The notes under the pieces: model-generated | Database searches by the model: none | Told to the model about the DNA's origin: nothing | The model's input: only the letters and a program-made list of their open reading frames with translations | Translations under genes and position numbers: made by a program | Part shown: piece after piece, positions 35,721 to 37,949 of the stretch | Numbering within the stretch: position 1 is the stretch's first letter | Layout: each line of letters begins with the position of its first letter | IMG/VR virus record: IMGVR_UViG_3300040733_000124 | Location: 1 to 37,949 of that record | Length of the DNA stretch: 37,949 nt | DNA from: a virus | Lineage: Duplodnaviria > Caudoviricetes | Reading direction: 5' to 3' (one strand)

Positions 35721-36311
35721 ATGGTCAATAATTCGGATTGCGAAGTTTGTCAAGTGAAAAAATCGGATAGCGAAATAATTTATACGGAAACTCCCGGGTC
35801 CCGAATTAAAAGAATTCGGAAAGAAAGGAATTTGAACCAAAAGGAATTCGGTGAAAGTATAGGAATATCGGGCAATTATCTGTCAGATATTGAAAATAAT
35901 AAAGTATCGCCAGCTGCGCCGCTCCTATTAGCAATAGAATATCGCTATTCGATCATGACTGACTATATATTATCGGGTACCGAACCAAGGGAAATTGTCC
36001 GCAAAGAACCTGCCAATTACGATATTCTAAAATCAAACGATTTGCTTTCAGCTGCCCATAAGGTCCTGACAAGCGGCAATAAGATGGCATCCGAGGCCCT
36101 GGAGAAGAATATCCGTTATTTCGCCCACGCAGTAGAAATGGAGAAAAGAGTCGAAAATCTCGAAGAAAAAGTGAAGCTCGTAGATAAGCTTCAGGAAAAA
36201 ATGAAAAAATTGGAGGAGTTTATTAAGGCCAAGGACCCTTGCGAAACCGGGTCCGGCCATTGCGACGCGCCCGGTTTACTGGAATATTCCAAAGAAAAGA
36301 TCAATTTATAA
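35721..36311 (+). CDS. CI-like XRE repressor (start uncertain, possibly GTG 35754)
   Basis: RIKRIRKERNLNQKEFGESIGISGNYLSDIENN...DYILSG; divergent from cro. Confidence 0.88.
   Translation: MVNNSDCEVCQVKKSDSEIIYTETPGSRIKRIRKERNLNQKEFGESIGISGNYLSDIENNKVSPAAPLLLAIEYRYSIMTDYILSGTEPREIVRKEPANYDILKSNDLLSAAHKVLTSGNKMASEALEKNIRYFAHAVEMEKRVENLEEKVKLVDKLQEKMKKLEEFIKAKDPCETGSGHCDAPGLLEYSKEKINL
35732..35774. promoter_or_regulatory. Two putative operators flanking a leftward -35 (TTGACA)
   Basis: TTCGGATTGCGAA 35732-35744, ATCGGATAGCGAA 35762-35774, TGTCAA 35748-35753. Confidence 0.6.
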
Positions 36312-36393
36312 TTTATCATAGCAGGGCAATACATTAATTTCTGTCCAAGAGTAAATATGGTCTTTATTACAGGACCTTAAGAGGTAAATTTCA

Positions 36394-36858
36394 ATGAGGA
36401 AATTTAACTTTATTCTTATTTTGAGCATCAGCATAATATTTTTTCTTTTGAACTTTCAATTAGCAGAAGCCCAAAATTTAAAGGATGTGATTAAGGCTTT
36501 TAAAAAAACTGAAATAGTCACAAAGACCAGTAACTCTGGGAAAGATTTTTTGGCTGCTTACACGGATGCTAAAACAGAAGCGGAAATGTATTTTGATAGC
36601 TCAGGAAAAAAAAATCCTAAAATTGTAAATTCAATAAAGAAAATCTGCCTTGCTTATGATTGGGCCGTTTCATTATGGAAATTAAAACAGGCTCGCACTC
36701 CATATATTCACCAGGATGACAATCTCGTTCAGTCTATTTATAAAGATTTTCCCGACTCAAAAAATGCCTTAAAAGGTACTATTCAATTGGATGAAGCCAT
36801 TAATTGGATGTATTTTGAGGCAGAAAAAGAATTGAGAAATTTAAATAAGAGAAAATGA
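36394..36858 (+). CDS. AT-rich secreted/periplasmic protein
   Basis: Signal peptide ending AEA; between repressor and integrase. Confidence 0.75.
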   Translation: MRKFNFILILSISIIFFLLNFQLAEAQNLKDVIKAFKKTEIVTKTSNSGKDFLAAYTDAKTEAEMYFDSSGKKNPKIVNSIKKICLAYDWAVSLWKLKQARTPYIHQDDNLVQSIYKDFPDSKNALKGTIQLDEAINWMYFEAEKELRNLNKRK

Positions 36859-37949
36859 CCGTACGGCGCCGCGGCCAGAAACTAGTCATCGATTATTACC
36901 CCGAGGGACGTAAGGGCTCGCGTAAATGGGTGACCCTGGATGAGCGCATCCAAGACGAGGCGATCGCCCGGGAGATCGAGGCCGAGCTCAAGAAGGCCGC
37001 CCGGGAGCCCGAGGAACTCGAGCTACAGCCGGCCATGCTCATCAGCGAAGCCTTCCCGGAATATCTGAAGTGGTACAAGCTGCACCGAGCCGAGAAATCC
37101 TGGGAGGATATCTCCTATTGCTACAACCGTAGTATCGAGCGGATCCTGGGCGAGGTCGTCATCAAGGATATCAACCTCCACCACATCACCCTTTACAAAA
37201 CCATGCGCAAGGCCGAGAAGGTGACTGCCAAGAGCAAGGCAAAGGGGATCCACCCCGTGCGGGACCTTTCAAACCGCACGATCAACAAGGAGCTGAGCTA
37301 CATCTCGGGCTTCCTGCGCTGGTGCAAGGACAAGTACGGGATCACCCACCGGCCCTTCCAGGTAGAGAGCCTGCCCTATAAGCGGCCGATCCCGATGCCT
37401 CTCACCTTTGACGAGTGCATGTCGATCCTGGAGGCCGCCGAGCCCATCTATAAGGGCTTTTTCCTGTGCCTCTTTATCTTGGGCCTCAGAAAGAGCGAGG
37501 CGCGCAACCTGAGCCGCGAGGACATCGACCGCTCGAACATGACCATCACCGTACGGCAAAAGGGAGGATCCTACAAGGTCCTGCCAGCCAGCGAGTTACT
37601 CATCGAGGTCCTCGACAGAATCAATCCTCAGGTGAAGAAAGGGCCCATCTTCCTGAACACCAGGCTAAAGCCGCCGCGGCCGATCCTCAATTACCGTAAG
37701 GCGCTCATCCGAGCCGCGAAAAAGGCCGAGATCAAAAAGAAGGTGACCCCGCACATCTTCCGGCATTCGATCGCCAAGTACCTTATGGACCATGACGTCA
37801 ACATGCGTATCATCCAGCAGTTCCTGGGACATTCCCGGATCTCAACGACCGAGTATTATACCCAGGTCTTCATGGACAACCTGCGCTCGGCCGAGGCCCT
37901 CATCACGGCACGGATGCAGGCTTTTTATAGTCATAAAAATAAACAGTGA
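36855..37949 (+). CDS. int: Tyrosine recombinase / phage integrase
   Basis: GLRKSE, KGG, HIFRHS, LGHS, TTEYY catalytic residues. Confidence 0.95.
   Translation: MTVRRRGQKLVIDYYPEGRKGSRKWVTLDERIQDEAIAREIEAELKKAAREPEELELQPAMLISEAFPEYLKWYKLHRAEKSWEDISYCYNRSIERILGEVVIKDINLHHITLYKTMRKAEKVTAKSKAKGIHPVRDLSNRTINKELSYISGFLRWCKDKYGITHRPFQVESLPYKRPIPMPLTFDECMSILEAAEPIYKGFFLCLFILGLRKSEARNLSREDIDRSNMTITVRQKGGSYKVLPASELLIEVLDRINPQVKKGPIFLNTRLKPPRPILNYRKALIRAAKKAEIKKKVTPHIFRHSIAKYLMDHDVNMRIIQQFLGHSRISTTEYYTQVFMDNLRSAEALITARMQAFYSHKNKQ

Overview
Nearly complete temperate, lambda-like siphophage (probably a prophage), trimmed exactly at the stop codon of a tail gene (left) and of the integrase (right), so no att site is visible. 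Almost all genes lie on the minus strand. Reading in transcription order from the right: tyrosine integrase, AT-rich membrane/secreted gene, cI/cro-like switch, CII-like gene, a cluster of structured RNAs around an initiator-type tRNA-Met, early accessory genes (DUF4031-like, DUF5131, DnaJ-domain, a doubly frameshifted ParB-like gene), a P4-type primase-helicase followed by an iteron origin, gpZ-like gene, a lambda-like cosQ/cosN site, an IS1595-derived Zn-ribbon/HTH gene, ParB-N/DNA methyltransferase, putative TerS, two inserted nucleotide-handling genes, gpA-type TerL, an Xis-like HTH with tandem repeats before the late promoter, head genes, an unusual lysis cassette, tail genes with a -1 frameshift chaperone, tape measure and a minimal tail tip. 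All protein calls come from motifs recognised by eye; no searches were run and the host cannot be named (a lipoprotein in the lysis cassette suggests a diderm).
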